From positions 18,618,819 through 18,682,818 of the forward strand of contig MU054323.1 in the NCBI GenBank assembly GCA_013239625.1: DNA of 64,000 nt. Direction: 5' to 3'. The stretch comes from Lama guanicoe. Its lineage: Eukaryota. The position numbers and the translations under genes are program-made. The notes under the pieces are model-generated. The model did not search any database. It saw only the letters and a program-made list of their open reading frames with translations, and was not told the origin of the DNA. Shown one piece after another: positions 11,672 through 25,350 of the stretch. The first letter of the stretch is position 1; every line of letters begins with the position of its first letter.

Positions 11672-11805
11672 TAGGGCATGCACATGTCCCAGTTTGCTTG
11701 GGACATTCTCAGTTCACTGCTGTTGATCTGGTGTAATTTTGAATACTTCCCCCTTTTACTCTCAAAAATGTTCTGATTCAGGGGACCAATTATGTAGACT
11801 CTCTA
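11672..11805. mobile_element. hAT-Blackjack MITE, MER94-like (134 bp)
   Basis: tagggcatgcacatgtcccagtttgcttgggaca...cccccttttactctcaaaaatg...aattatgtagactctcta; degenerate tagggtgac/gtcacccta TIRs. Confidence 0.75.
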
Positions 11806-11924
11806 CCTGTAATAAATCTATTATTATCGCTTGCTTGCTGCTTGCTTCTTTCTTTCTTCCTTCCTTTCTTTCTTCCTTTCTTGCCTTTCTACAATTTATC
11901 CCTCTCTCTTGCAGCTGGAATTAC

Positions 11925-12088
11925 ATTTAAAAATGTAAATTATTTCATTTCATGTCTCAGTTCATAAGCCTCCAATGGACTCCTAGCACTCTTGGAATTA
12001 AAGTCCCCCGAGTGGGTCTTCCAAATCTGTGTTCCTCAAAGACCCAATGAATTCGCTGCTAGCTTTATCGCTAATGTATTATTATTAA

Positions 12089-12125
<37 letters not shown>

Positions 12126-12340
12126 TTTACTAATCCTTCACTTTTTATCCAGTGTCACTGGGATCCTTATTGTTCCTAGAACAATATACTTGCTGGGTTT
12201 TCCTTCTATCCGGAAATCTTCTCCCCAGTTATTCACTTGATTTGTTTCCTCATTTAAATTCCATTTCCTTTGACCACCCTAACTGAAAGCACTGGCCCTC
12301 CTCTGTCTTCCTCTGTCTCCTAGTCCGCCTGTACTTTGTG
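11925..12340 (+). mobile_element. L2 fragment
   Basis: ttaaaaatgtaaattatttcatttcatgtctc...cctccaatggactcc...ggaattaaagtcc; cctttgaccaccctaactgaaag. Confidence 0.6.
12076..12125. repeat. (TTA)n microsatellite
   Basis: Direct read. Confidence 0.95.
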
Positions 12341-12809
12341 TTTGTGTTCATATTGGTTGAGTTATATTTCCAGCACTGCAGTTACATTAGCACTGCGGTG
12401 TCTCCATTAAGGTGTATATATCCTCTTTGTGTACTATTTCTATAATATTCAGTTCTTGCAACATAAATCAGCAAAATAGTTAAAAATAACTGCTCAGACT
12501 TGCTCACTTTGGAAGACCAACATTTTAAAATAATAACAAAACATTTGCCATAAATCATAATCATAAATCTCCCTCAGTTCTAGGTGTTTTGATTGATGTG
12601 TGTGCTCTGTTTTGATGCAAATGCAATGCTTTGAAAAATGTAAATTAAATCCACCGTCCTTGTTTTTGAAAACTGATCTGTAATTGAACCAGAGACTCTT
12701 ATTAGAGGCAGAGAATTTTCTAGAGACTGCCCAGTACAGACTCTTAGGAAGACAGGGAAACACACTAAGGAAGGGAAGTATTCAAATCCTTCAACAAGTA
12801 TGTGGATAC

Positions 12810-13240
12810 CTGTCACCGTTTGGTTTGTTCCTCATCAGGCCCTTTTGGGAGTCACCCCTTGCCCACTTCCCAGGGATTTCAATCCTAAGGCCCTATCTCA
12901 TCCCCTACACAGGTGGGACCTGACCAAAGTCTAATAATAAGAATACATCATCCCCTTATGGATGCAGTGAGAGGCCCAGGTTTCAGATGGTGTTATACCC
13001 AGGGGATCAAAAACTCAAAGCAACTTCTTCCTTCTCCCTTCTCAATCTGCTTTACTCTATCCTAAATTAAACTCTGACCATGAAGCTGCAAAGATTGTGT
13101 TCACAATCTCTCAGCCTCATCTTAATCCTGGCCTTCTCAGAAGAAGTAGAATCCTTCCCTTTCCCAGCATACATATCAATTCCCCGAAAAGATTCTGACT
13201 GGTTCTGTTTAGTTCATCCTAGGCCAATGAGTACAGATAC
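12810..13240. mobile_element. Old ERVL/MaLR LTR fragments (LTR16/MLT1-like)
   Basis: gattctgactggttctgtttagttcatcctaggccaatga and ttcagatggtgttatacccagggg are MLT1-like; family uncertain. Confidence 0.35.
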
Positions 13241-13499
13241 AAAGGCAAACAGACAAGGTAGATATAACCCTAGAAACGAATGCTATCCTATGGAAGGGAT
13301 AATTGCTTTAAAATTTTCTTTAGAAAAATTCCTACTCATCGCCCCATGGTTTATCTTCCCAACGTGTCTTCCCTTTCACCACATCACACATTTCACCCAC
13401 TGAAGGAGGCACAGACATGCTAGCCTGACTTCCACCTTTCCTCCCAGTTTCCTGTTGCTTTTTGACTTGTCCCAGACGATTGTCTTGTTATCAACCCCT

Positions 13500-13650
13500 G
13501 GACTTGTTCTCTCCTTTAACCTGACATCTTTGCCCCTTCATTAATAGACTCTTTGAGAGAAAGGACTGTGTCTTACTTATCATTTTACACACAAAATCAC
13601 AGTGTTTGGAAATAGTAGACGCTCACTAAATGCTTACCGAGTGAATAACA
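13500..13650 (+). mobile_element. L2 3' end
   Basis: ctctttgagagaaaggactgtgtcttac...gtttggaaatagtagacgctcactaaatgcttaccgagtgaat. Confidence 0.75.
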
Positions 13651-14119
13651 ATACCAGCTTCCATTTATTGAATAATTACTATGTGATGGGAACTAAACAC
13701 ATTCCATGTTTATTTCATTGGTTCTTACAAGCAGAATGAAATCATCATCTAAAAATTATTTTTTGGATCCCCTATGCCCAGATGTGATTGTTAGAGTAGT
13801 TGAACACTTTTATGTGATTTTCAGTAATAAATACATTACTTATGTAAAGAATATTCACTTAGCCTTTCAATTACTCATCAGACATTAATTACCTACTTTA
13901 TGTCAGGAAATAATAGTGGAGATACAAAATTAAGAGATGTCACAAATCTAGTGACACTCACTGGCTAGAACCCTTCTGTGCCCCCACCCCCTCACCTCCC
14001 ACTCTCCCACTCCCCTGCCCCCACCTTCAGAACAAATTCCCACCTTCTAAACAAGATAAGGGAGATTCTTTTTCGTGCGATCACCTCTCCAGCCTCGTCT
14101 CTGGCTACTCCACACCTTA

Positions 14120-14350
14120 AAACTCAGCAATAGCAAAACACTGATAGCAATCAGTCTAGTGGTGACCTGGGGGAAATACATCTGGAAAGTTATCAGGGGA
14201 TCTTCTGAGGTGCTGATAATGGTACTGTGTCTCCATCTAGGTGCCAGGTACATGGACAAGTGGGTGAATTATGTTTATGAAAATTCATTGAACGACACAG
14301 CCACATGTTTCTGTAGGTATATTAGACTTCAATAAAGAGTAAAAAACAAA
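14120..14350 (+). mobile_element. Old L1M (L1MC/ME-type) 3' end
   Basis: agcaatcagtctagtggtgacctgggg...ttctgaggtgctgataatgg...tatgaaaattcattgaac...attagacttcaataaa + A tail. Confidence 0.75.
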
Positions 14351-16859
14351 TGAAAACAATCCCCAAAACCACTTCTTGCAATGCCAGACTATTTGTCATT
14401 GGTTTCCCATCCCACATGTGGTGTGTTTTCCTCTTTCCTCCAGGATTCTGCACCTGTCGCTGCCTCCATCCGCATCACTGCTGGCCTATTACTCTTTGTC
14501 CTAGTTCTCCTGAAACTGCCTTGTGGTAGCCTGTTACTGTGATTCCCTGCCCCACCAGATTCAGTTCTTCGGTGCTGTCTCCTGGTATAGGATGTAGCTC
14601 CGGGAACCCAATGTGTGGAGGATAGTGACAGAGTCACATAATTACATCCGTGTGAAACGTGAGGGAGAGCACTCAATTCTAGGCGCTCTGGGAGCAAAAA
14701 GCCCACAGGCATACAGGCACCTGAGTCCACAAACATATCTTCTATGGCAGGCTGAATCTAAATCAAAAGAGAACACTTGATTTGTGCATTTATCATCTCC
14801 CCAAACCACAAAAACAATATGCAGAAGACTTCTCTCTCCTTTTAAGATAGCTCTGCATGTATATGGATGCAGCTGTTAAAGATGGAACTTGAATAGGCAT
14901 TCTGTAAGCTAGCATCCTTCTATTATTTTCATACAGAGACCTATTAAATAGCTTCTCCTTTGTGTGATAACCACAGGCCATGTCAAATTAATTCTTCCAG
15001 AGAAAGGACTAATTTCAAGTTAACTATTTCCAGGACATTTCATCCTGTGTATTGACTCTGGTCAATTAGTGGTGGCTGCCTGTGACAGTCTACTGAGAAT
15101 GACTCTGAGACTTATCTCGGCTAGTCAGTAACGATGACACGACTGATGCCTGCCATGGATGCTGGGAGGTCAGGGAGGGCAGTGAATGGGCGACATGTCA
15201 TCTAGACTCTAAACCATTGTTTAACATAACACCAAGGTCAGACCCAGATTATCCTTCTCCAGAATTTCTCAGAGCTAGTGACATGTTGGTGTGCCCTCTG
15301 CATATCTGAGACAGATTCATTTTATATATTTCATAGATGCTGTTTTTGGATAATGGGTCCTTTTATTTCACCAAAGACACTGAAGAATAATTCCTTCTCA
15401 GATCACATTTTGGAAGATGTGGTTTGGAAGGTCACAACCTTGGTGAACTTTGGAAGATCTGGTTCTCAAACTATTCGGTGAGTATTTATTACATATTCCT
15501 TTGAAAAATAGATAAGATTATCTAGTAAATTAGGCACATTTTATTTTAGCTAGATCCAAACGGATTGTTGAGGGGAAAAAAATGAGCTTTGGGACATGTA
15601 TTCTCTATTTATTTAGCCTGTGTTCCCCAAAAGATCATGGGTTTAAACTGCGGCTTTGGGGCACACATATTGAACATAAGCTAATTTAATAAGTGTTATT
15701 AAATTTTTGTTTCTTTATAATGAAGCTTTGGGTTTCAGCATACTGTGTTTTTGTTTTAGTTTTTCAATGCTTTGAATTGCTCAGGAAGTTATGTACTTCA
15801 AGTTAATTACCATGGCTGTTTGCTGATATGGTTGATGGTTGTTGATTGTTGATCAACAAAAAAATGTAACCTCTTAGGGGCTATAGATTCGTGGGACTTG
15901 CAGGAACCCCAGTTTTTGTTTGCCTCTAATCTTTTATTTGCTTCCCTATCCCTCACCTGAATCACAGGAGATATTTTTCTTTTTAAGGCAAAGGAATATT
16001 TAAATTAATCATAGCAAAATCATTGCCAGGGAAACAATATAATAAATGATCTTGAATGTGTAGTAGAGTGAAAACAGAGTGGTAGAAGGTGGATTTGACC
16101 TCTAATTTCTGGACATATTCATGATACAAAGTGGAGAGGAAAGAGGTAAACTTTCATTACATTCTCTTGCAAAAAAATAAGTGACCAACTTCTGTATAGT
16201 TTGCATAGTCATAGTTAAAGTATGTTTCATTATAATTTTCATAAAACTAATACACAACTCTACAACATTGGTGAAAATTGTATGTTGAATTCCTGAAAGT
16301 CCGATGTTCATAAGCATAATTTAAAATGTTAAATTGAAGGCCAAATAGAGTTCTTATTCTTCATTTTAAATTTTGAATTGGAGTTTAAATACAATTTAAT
16401 ATGTCTGTGAAATGAGTCCTTGAATACAATATTTTCATTTAAATGATTTTTATCTCATTTTATCATTTTCATACAAATCATCCTTGCTATATGATGGTGA
16501 AGTTAAGGGGGAAATGTAAAAATTGTAGCACACATTTATTAAAACATTAGTAATATGCTAGAGAGGAAAAGAGAATGGAATACAGTCACAAAATAATAAT
16601 TTAACCTCTATTTCTGAAATATGTCCAGCTGGCAGTTTTTAAATGTTAGTCTATAAAGGGCAATCAGTACTTTTCTTATACAGTTAATATTCAGACACAT
16701 TGTTTCAAATGAGTAGCTTACTCATTAAACAGATTAAGTTAAATGAACAATAATCTGAGAAGAATAACATGGTTTGCTGTTACTTCTTGTTAGACACTCT
16801 ATTGAATATTTTTGAACTTAAATTTTTTCATACATTAATTTATTTGTTTCTGTTTTTAA

Positions 16860-17110
16860 AAGGCCAAGAAACAGTTGTGGAACAGTATAACACACAGGCA
16901 TAAGAACAGACTTCAAATCCTGCCTCTTCTGTTTATTTGCTGTGTGACCTTGGGCATATTACTTAACTTTTCTGTGCATCACTCTTTATTTGCAAGATGA
17001 CTGCCTATCTTTAGGGTAAGTGTTAGAATTTTTAAATTAATGTATGTGACTTACTTAGAAGTGTGCTTGGAAAATAGCAGAGTTCAACACATGTCAAGAT
17101 AGTTATTAAG
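16860..17110 (+). mobile_element. MIR SINE
   Basis: ttcaaatcctgcctcttctgtttatttgctgtgtgaccttgggcatattacttaacttttctgtgc. Confidence 0.85.
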
Positions 17111-17904
17111 TAACTTGCCCAGCATGACAATAAAAAGTGGACTTGATGGATTTGCCTGAATCTAGAACTCAGAGTTTAAAGCAAAAAAAAAAAAATTTAT
17201 TTTATAATTTTTTATCCATATGGGTAAAGCGGAGGTAAAATTAGTTAGGACTTAGAAATAGTTTGTTAAAATTATATTTCTTTAAATGAAATTCAACAGT
17301 AGCTTGTGACTGATAATAGAATAATGATAATAGCGTACATGTCAGTTCATATGTGATTGCATCTTATGTCTCAGAGGGCAAGATCCTGGACAGACTGAAG
17401 AACTCAAGTTATAATGACTATTGTATGTTATTATTAACTGGAATATAATACATTACTCTGAATAGGGTAAATATTCAATGTACTCTTCTATCTCTACCTA
17501 AAACAGACCTTGTTCAGAAAAATGATTTAACTGGTGCCTTTCTCTTCTACTAAGATATGACTTCATTTTTGAAATACTTTTTGTATGTCTCTATTCATGA
17601 GCAAATATGTATCTGTATGTATTTAATTTTGATATTTTAAATGATTGTTTCCAGACTCACCATGGTGTGATCTGAAGTGGGGAATTCACTGTTCATGATG
17701 AACCAAAGAATATTTAATCAGTATCTCCCAAACGTTCAACATTAGTGGTGGGCTGATTTTGGAAACTAAATTGAAAAGCATTTAAGAATTCATCTGTGCT
17801 CTCCTTGTGATGTGATCACTCTTCTGTTTAATATTTCTAGTGACAGGAAAATCAGTTTCTTAAGAAAAATCCATTTGATTTTCATACTGCTTACAAAGAT
17901 GGTA

Positions 17905-18130
17905 CCACCACTTACAGGTTATCATGCTAAACTATTGGCACTTTGCCACTTAATTCCTTTAACGTGATTATCACTGTCTGCAATTTACGGAGAAGGAAGT
18001 AGAGGCTTACAAAGATGACGTTACTTGTCCAAAGTCACAGAGCCATCAATACATTGAAGAGCCAGAGTGAAACTCAGGCTGTCTGACTTCAACCAATCTC
18101 AGCAGTCACGATTCTAATCACTGCTCCAGC
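17905..18130 (-). mobile_element. MIR SINE
   Basis: tttacggagaaggaagtagaggcttacaaagatgacgttacttgtccaaagtcacagagcc...aactcaggctgtctgacttc. Confidence 0.8.
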
Positions 18131-18857
18131 CCGCTTTCTTGAATAGTCTTTTTTACCATGAGCTGACATCTAAAGGAATTATTTATTATATCTCTACCTG
18201 CGATCAGCCCAGGGTCTTTTTTACAGAGCTCTGAGTCTTCATGTTCCACTTAAATGGAAGGAGTCTTTTGTGTCCCGACTTAGCCTCTTAGTTTTGGGGC
18301 TAACATTAGTTTCTCAGTCATGTACTTTGATAAATGACAAATTAATATGTCTCCTGCATAAAGTCACACACCCTCTTTCCAAAGTTCTTGACATTTAGAA
18401 AGGCAAAAAGCAAAAAAAGGCAATGATTGGCCTAATCCTTAATAAAACTGTTGCTATCCAGAATTAATATGCCCTTTCAAGACAACTGTTTGATAATTTG
18501 CTAAGACAATATAAAATTTCACTTAGCAGCTGTAATTAAGAATTCATGTCACATATACATATATATATGTTTTACCTTTCAATAATGGTGGCTAGTATTC
18601 ACATAGGTTTCAGGCTAGGGAGTATGAGAGATACTGAACAGATCTATATCAGTATTTTATTATGGAGAAAACTTTTTTTTAAGTATTCTGAAACCTTTAA
18701 ATAGGAACTCTCTGTCAGCAAAGATTACAGCAATAAAACTTCCAAAGAAATCACCTTTCTGGGAAAGAACACATTTTTTATCTTCAGTGTGGTTCTGTTA
18801 ACTGCCCCCATTGCAATAAATTGGATTTGGTTATCATTTTTTTTTATTGTAAAAAGG

Positions 18858-19020
18858 AAGTGGTTCTCAATCCTGGCTGCACATTAAAATTTCATAGGGT
18901 AGACTTAAAAAATAAACTACCTTTGCTTGGACCCGAGGAGCAAATTTAGCTCATCAAGGGTATAGTGGACACCACCCATCCTAAATGATTAAAATGTGCC
19001 GTTAGGGTTGAGAACCGTGG
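18858..19020. mobile_element. MER5-family hAT MITE
   Basis: TIRs agtggttctcaatcctggctgcacatta ... agggttgagaaccgtgg. Confidence 0.75.
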
Positions 19021-20140
19021 CTCAACTCATGGGACAAGGTCAGCGGAATAGGAAAGGCCATTTTGTCCTCAGCAGACTAAGTGCCATGGGGATTTGTTCC
19101 CCTTTCATGGCTTTACAGAACTTAAAATGACTTTAGCAATTCTCCAGCATGGAAATTTCTTCTGGAATCTTGCCATGACACTTGAAAATACCACGTAACT
19201 TTAAGAAATTGAAAGAGGTGTAGCATGGACAGATCAGTTCTGATCAGAAACCCAGGTGATCTGGAGTCCTTTGCTTTCCATTCACTGACCTTGGAGAGAA
19301 TTTACAGCCTCTCTGGCCTTCAGACTCCTCCCCAGTACCGTCTGCTAGTCTCACGCCTTCTGTCATTTTCAGAGCTCTTGAAATCTTCAGTAGTTTGCCT
19401 GGGACCACTCAATGTCCACAGTTTTTAATCACAGCAGAAAATTTTATTTGACCTGAAGCTCCCAGGGGAATTTTTTTTAAGAGTAACCATCATTATCATT
19501 TCCTTGAAACGTAAAGACCTTTCCTGTGGGCCACAGATTTTCACGTCTCTAGAGAAGTAAATCTCTCTCTTACTTTTACACTAATTTTCCCCCAACGTTC
19601 AAGGGTCTTGTTCCCCATCAAAACCCCTAAAAAATCTGTTCCTCCTGCTCATTGTAGCTCAAGGAGCCAACTAGTCTGGCCCTTCTGTCACGTAAACAGA
19701 AGCCTCAAATCTGCGCTCTATGCTCTAGAACAAAGTTCAACTTTTCTATCATTCTCGGCCACCATGAGTTTGCTTCTCCACCAGCTAACTATAGCAGAAA
19801 GCAATTCAGTCATTTTTTTTCACACCAAAACTGCCAACACTTCCAATTCTCTTCTCAAAATATAATCACAAGATTTTCTACATGCACAGTCATCAGTGAA
19901 TGCTTAAGAAGTCATAAGTCAAAAGGGCAAGTAGCTTGACTGTCATATTTTCCCCTCATGGATGACATATTATATATAAAAATAGCAGCAAGTCATTCTT
20001 TATTACTTATATTACCCTTCTTGAATTTATTTGCTAAAGAAAAGCAGGAAAAGGAACAGACATTTCTCACGAAGGGCACGCACTGGAAATGTACTTGGCA
20101 GAAAGCAAATGAGAAAACAGTAGATGATGTCATATACTTG

Positions 20141-20218
20141 TTGCATCTGATCACATAGATCTCATATTCGCATTGCATCTGATCACATAGATCACATATA
20201 TGCATTGCATCTGATCAC
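20141..20218. repeat. 32-bp tandem repeat, 2.4 copies
   Basis: ttgcatctgatcacatagatctcatattcgca / ttgcatctgatcacatagatcacatatatgca / ttgcatctgatcac. Confidence 0.95.
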
Positions 20219-20421
20219 TGATACTAGTGACATGATTTCTAATAACTTTTTATGTATTGAAAATTGCCCAAAACTCCTGCTGTGCTGTTCCTTTTGGAAG
20301 CTGGCTGGTATGTAGTGTTTAAGTATTTTAAAACCATCCTTTGGTAGGCCTGTTCCACTTTAGCTAAAGTTATGACAGCTTAGTTAGCTTGGTTAGTTCA
20401 AAAAAAGAAGGCGTAGTTTAT

Positions 20422-20454
20422 TCTCTCTCTCTCTCTCTCTCTCCTCCTCTCTCC
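20422..20454. repeat. (TC)n microsatellite
   Basis: Direct read. Confidence 0.9.
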
Positions 20455-20664
20455 TGCAGATACAGAATATTTGTATTTTTAAATAAAGTAAAATAGCCTA
20501 TTTTAGAAATGTGGAAAGGGTGAGTTTGAATGTGTTGTTAATTTAATACACTGTCAGTGTAAATAGACTAGACATGAGAAGGGGTAATTCAGTAAAAACA
20601 TTATATTTTTGAATTAGGATTATTTTAATAATGATAATGTATTCTTATGAAATAGAACCAAGTT

Positions 20665-20710
20665 TTCTCTCTCTCTCTCTCTCTCTTTTTTTTTTTTTTT
20701 TTTTTTTTTT
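20665..20710. repeat. (TC)n + poly-T tract
   Basis: Direct read. Confidence 0.9.
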
Positions 20711-23191
20711 ATTGGTATTATAGTACATTCACAACTTGAAAGAAGCAACCACATAACTAGTCACCTCACCTATGTCCCTTTCCTGGCTGTCTGATTTATC
20801 CAAAGAACATCTCCTTGGTCAGCATTACAAACTATTTCCTTATATTCTTACACTTGTTTATTCATCTTTTCCCATGTCATGTTTTGTCATCAGAGAAGGA
20901 AAAAAATCACATTCAACTTTTCTTTCTTTTTTTTTTTCCCCCACTCATGTTCTATCCTAAGGTGAAAAACAGTTAAATGAAGAGTTGGTTCAAAGCTTAC
21001 TTGAAATACGGATATATTATTCTCAACAAGAGAAATTTTAAATTTAAATTCCATTATCTTGTGTAAAAGTTCTTTTAATTCAGTCTTGAAAACACACACA
21101 TTTTCTAGATATGACCTGTAATTTTTTCCCTTGACTTCCGTGTTTTGCAGAAGTTCATAGATTTTGCTAACACTTTTTTTTTTTTTGGTTAACAATTTTA
21201 AAAGAACTGCTTTCGTGATCTAATGATTACAATTTGGTAATTAGCTGGCGTAGCGTTTCAACATGTAAGTGCTATGCTTCGGCTGGGTTAGCCAGTATTC
21301 TGGAAACTAGACTGGAGTCACAGAAGATTCTGACATGGTTCTTGTCTTCCTGTTCATACTTTCACTGTGGACCCCAGAGACATCTAGCTTCTGTGATTCT
21401 GCCACAATCCACCATTCCCCAAACATCACTGATGGCAAAGCTACAATCACATAGCTTTTCCCTCAAGCTCCTTGCTTTTCAGTCATTAACAAAAAAGAAA
21501 GAAGGAAAAATGCTAAAGGGACGGAGAAAAACCCAGTGCCTAACAGCTGGTTTCAGCAGTTTCAACTTGCGCAAGACCCCACGTTTGTGAAAACAGCCCA
21601 AGAATCTTTGAACAGGATGTAATCAACCTCCGATCTGCTGAGAAACACTGCAAAAATGACTTCAGCTGCCAAAAATAATAACGTCCTTTACAGGCAGCTC
21701 TTCCTATATCTAAGGAGGAACTAGCCATACATGTGAGTTTATGCTGGTTTCAGGACAAGCAAGGAAAAGGGCAAATCCTCCCTCCCTCCCCTGAAATACA
21801 CAGTATCAGAGCCCACGGGAAGCTGGGGCCCATTTCAAAGGTGCTGGCAATACTGAGGGAGATTCACAGCCACAAAAACCTGAACAGTAAGTGACCCGGG
21901 ACAAAGGTATTGTATTTGGCAGCAAATCTGTGCAGCCACGTTCCCTCTGTAACCAAGCTGCCCTGTCTTGTGTAGTCAGGGCTGTTAAATACCTCTCAGT
22001 CACCAGCCCCAAACCAAATCTTTCTTCTTTTTCAAAATATTATTTGTCAGCTTCCCTTGTGAAGAGCCTGGGAGGGAATGTTCCCGAGTGGTCCTTTAGA
22101 TACGCTTCATCCCCAAAGCCCCGCACCTACCTCTGTGGAGCCGGGCTGGTGAATCCGCATGGGCTGGATGCGAAAAAAGACCCCAGGGTGATGGCTTCTC
22201 CAAGTTTACCAGAAGGAAAGGACCTGGGATGCTTGTCCTTTAAGTGTCTCTAAACATGGTTTGCATAGCTGGATCTCGGCTTATCTGTGCCTTTCGGCTT
22301 TCGCTTCCATACATGGATCTGTTCCCAACAGTAACTCCAAGCTGTCGAAAAGGAGCTATCTGGCAGCTCTCCGCTTCATCCAACACATGGATGATAAAAA
22401 TACACATATAGAGAGCCTTCCAGCCAGGCCCGTTTCCCACCCCACCATCCTGCCACTATGCCTTTTTGCAAATACATATTCAGATTGGCATTTTTACTCT
22501 CCAGACGTTTAGAGAACAACCAATTTTTACCTGATTCCCACACAGAGCTGTTAGGATGTGGGTGTCCAGAGCTTTACAAAAACAGACATGGTTTTTGTTC
22601 CTTAGCAGGGGTTTCATCCCTAAAGAGTTTAGTGATATGTCTGAGACCTGAAAAAATGTTGGGGAACGAATGGCTGAACGGCAGATAATGTTGTAGGGGG
22701 ATGAATAAGTACATGCTGTACTTTACCTGGGACTCTTCTTTACCTTGTTAACACTGGATTGTTTATCTTCAAGGATGAGGTAGCAGTGGTAGGTCAAAGT
22801 CATCAGCATCTCTAGGAGAGAAGGAGAGAACAGGTTCCTACATGAGCAGCTTCTCATTTGGGATAATTGTGGCACTTCTTACTAAGCTACCATCTAGCAT
22901 ATGGTTTGAGATTTAGGAAGCATTTTTTTAATGTTAAATAATATAAACCTGAATAGAATATGAACAACTACATTTGTTAACTGTCAGGGTACTAAATGAC
23001 ACGTAACTGTGACCTAGATTTTAAGTGGTGGGGGTGGGACGTAGAGGGGGACAAATCCTACTCTGTATAGTAGAGAGAGGTGAGAGATATGCCCCTGGGA
23101 AGTTCCAGTGCCTTTGAAATCTAGCTTTTCAGGTTTTAAATTTCTCTCTCTTTTTTTTAATTTGTTGTTACTCGTGGAATAAGAGGTTAAT

Positions 23192-23218
23192 ACACACACA
23201 CACACACACACACACACA
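23192..23218. repeat. (CA)n microsatellite
   Basis: Direct read. Confidence 0.95.
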
Positions 23219-23994
23219 TATCTTCCAAATAACATTTTCCCATTGGCTAACTTTTTCAAAATCATATTAAACTTCTTGTAGAGTCTCTTGCTAGGAAAAT
23301 GAAGAAAAAAGAAATTTGAGGCATACAGGCGTAACTCATTTTGGGATTTTGAAATGGAACTGATTCACTTAAAATATTCCGGAGGAACAAGAGAGGGACA
23401 GACAACACAAGATGAGCCAGATGATGGTTGTTGCAGGTTATCAACAGGAAAACACTTCTCAGGCTGTGAACAAACACCTCATTATAATATCTTCTCTACT
23501 TCATTTAGGTTTCAACATTTCCATAAAAGAAAAAAGAGAGAAGGATACAAAACAGACATATTTATGGCAAGTTTGAGGACTCCTAGGTTTTAACAATCTC
23601 TGTGCAAAAGCACTAATTGCCTGGCTTTGAATTGGACTCTTGACTCTTGAAGCAGGGATGGGATTGAGACAAGCACCAATCCTGGCACAGATCAAGTACC
23701 AAGTACATGTGTCCTGAGTTCCTGAGGGAATAAATGGTAAGTGAGAAGGCAGGAATCCCAGGTGGACAGAAGTGCTGGGGTGAAAGCCGGGAAGCAACAT
23801 GGTACAGAATCTGTTTGGCTAATTGTGAGAGGTCCACTTCGGCTGATTCTCGGGGTTATTGAAGGGGACAGTGGAAACCCAAAGTGTATCAAGTGGCAGG
23901 CTCAGGATTTTGGTTTTGGGTACATTAAATGGAAGAGTTAGGGCACTGTTAAAGTTGCTGCTTTTTATAAGATCTTATTTTCCTCCTTGATAAG

Positions 23995-24105
23995 ATTTGA
24001 TGAAAATACAAAATTCATCAAATTGTACATCTGAAATATGTGTAGTTTACTGTACAGGGATCATACCACAATAAAGGAGTTAAAAGTAAAAAAAATTAAA
24101 TAAAA
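23995..24105 (+). mobile_element. Old L1M 3' terminus
   Basis: aaaattcatcaaattgtacatctgaaatatgtgtagtttactgta...caataaaggagttaaaag + A tail. Confidence 0.7.
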
Positions 24106-25350
24106 GATTTGATGGTAATAGAATACTAGAGCAGTCATAGCAGCAAATGTTTACAGACACAGACAGGTTGGTGGATTCACTGGAATTTGGCACACTCTGG
24201 GAGAAAATACTTATATGTCTTCTTTGCTCCTAAAGCAATGTCTTACTCTAAGTTAACTGTTGAATTTCACGTGTTAGCAGAGAAGGAAACGGTGGAGAAG
24301 TGTAGCATGTGTTATCACCGGTCAGAATGAAGTGCTGGGGCTTTGGAAAGTTTGAAAACTGATCTGCCAAGGTAATAGGGTTGCTTGCTCTTTAAATTCT
24401 GCTCAGGGCACTGGAAAGCAGAGACCTTGTCCCCAATAGAACAGATTGCATCCAGGAGGTCTCTTAAATAATTCTAAGAGCTCTGTATAACAGGGGTATC
24501 TCTTTCCCTTGCCGTCCTTGTGGCTAACATAATTGATTATCTGTGTTACGTATCTTTGTATTGCAGGTTACATGATCTGCTGGTTTGGAGTCATTATTAG
24601 AAATTTGGCTCTGAGCTGGCAGTACTCAGAGAGACGATCTTGGGTAAATCCGTCTCTTTGGTCCCTTCACAGGGCTTGACTGTGCAGTTCTGTGCCACTT
24701 GCAAATGATAGGCCCTCTTAGTCTTCACTTCTTTCCAAACTCCTGTCCCAGGACCTGCAAGAAATATTTCATTACTATTATTATTTGTAAGGAAATTGTT
24801 CAAGCTTCTACTTACAAGCCCCTGAACAAAAGAATGGAAAGCCTAAACTGGTCTCAGATTCCTCCTGGCTTCCGAGTCTCTAGCCCATCACAGAGTCCAG
24901 TGGCATGCTTTGCCTTTATGTGACACACATGGTCCTCCCTCCAGGGTGGGCATGGGACATTCTAATTATCAGACAATTTAGTTCTGTAGCTAATTTTAAA
25001 AGTAAAGCAAAGCAAAACAAAATATGTAATATAGTGTTTATGTAATTCAGTGTTCTATTCCTAAATAAATGAATTTCTAAAGAAATAAATAACTTCCTAA
25101 AGAAATATTAAGACAACATCCCTTAATCCATTCAGGTTTTGCTATTATAAAGATTATTTGTCACCAGATACTGAGTATTAAAAAATCAGTGCTTAAAAGC
25201 CATACTAATTTTAATAATGTATCATTTAAAGTCTATACCTAATTTCCTATATAGACAGCCTCATTAAGCATGATTATGTCCATGGGCTTATCGCTACAGA
25301 ACAGGCAGAGACGTTAATGCTAAAATAAAGTACAATGAAGAAGTGTTGGG

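Noticed and set aside
11992..12240. Poly-Leu transmembrane/signal peptide ORF
   Set aside because: Translation of a (TTA)n microsatellite inside an L2
13981..14025. C-run tract (G-quadruplex on the minus strand)
   Set aside because: Common low-complexity motif with no supporting context
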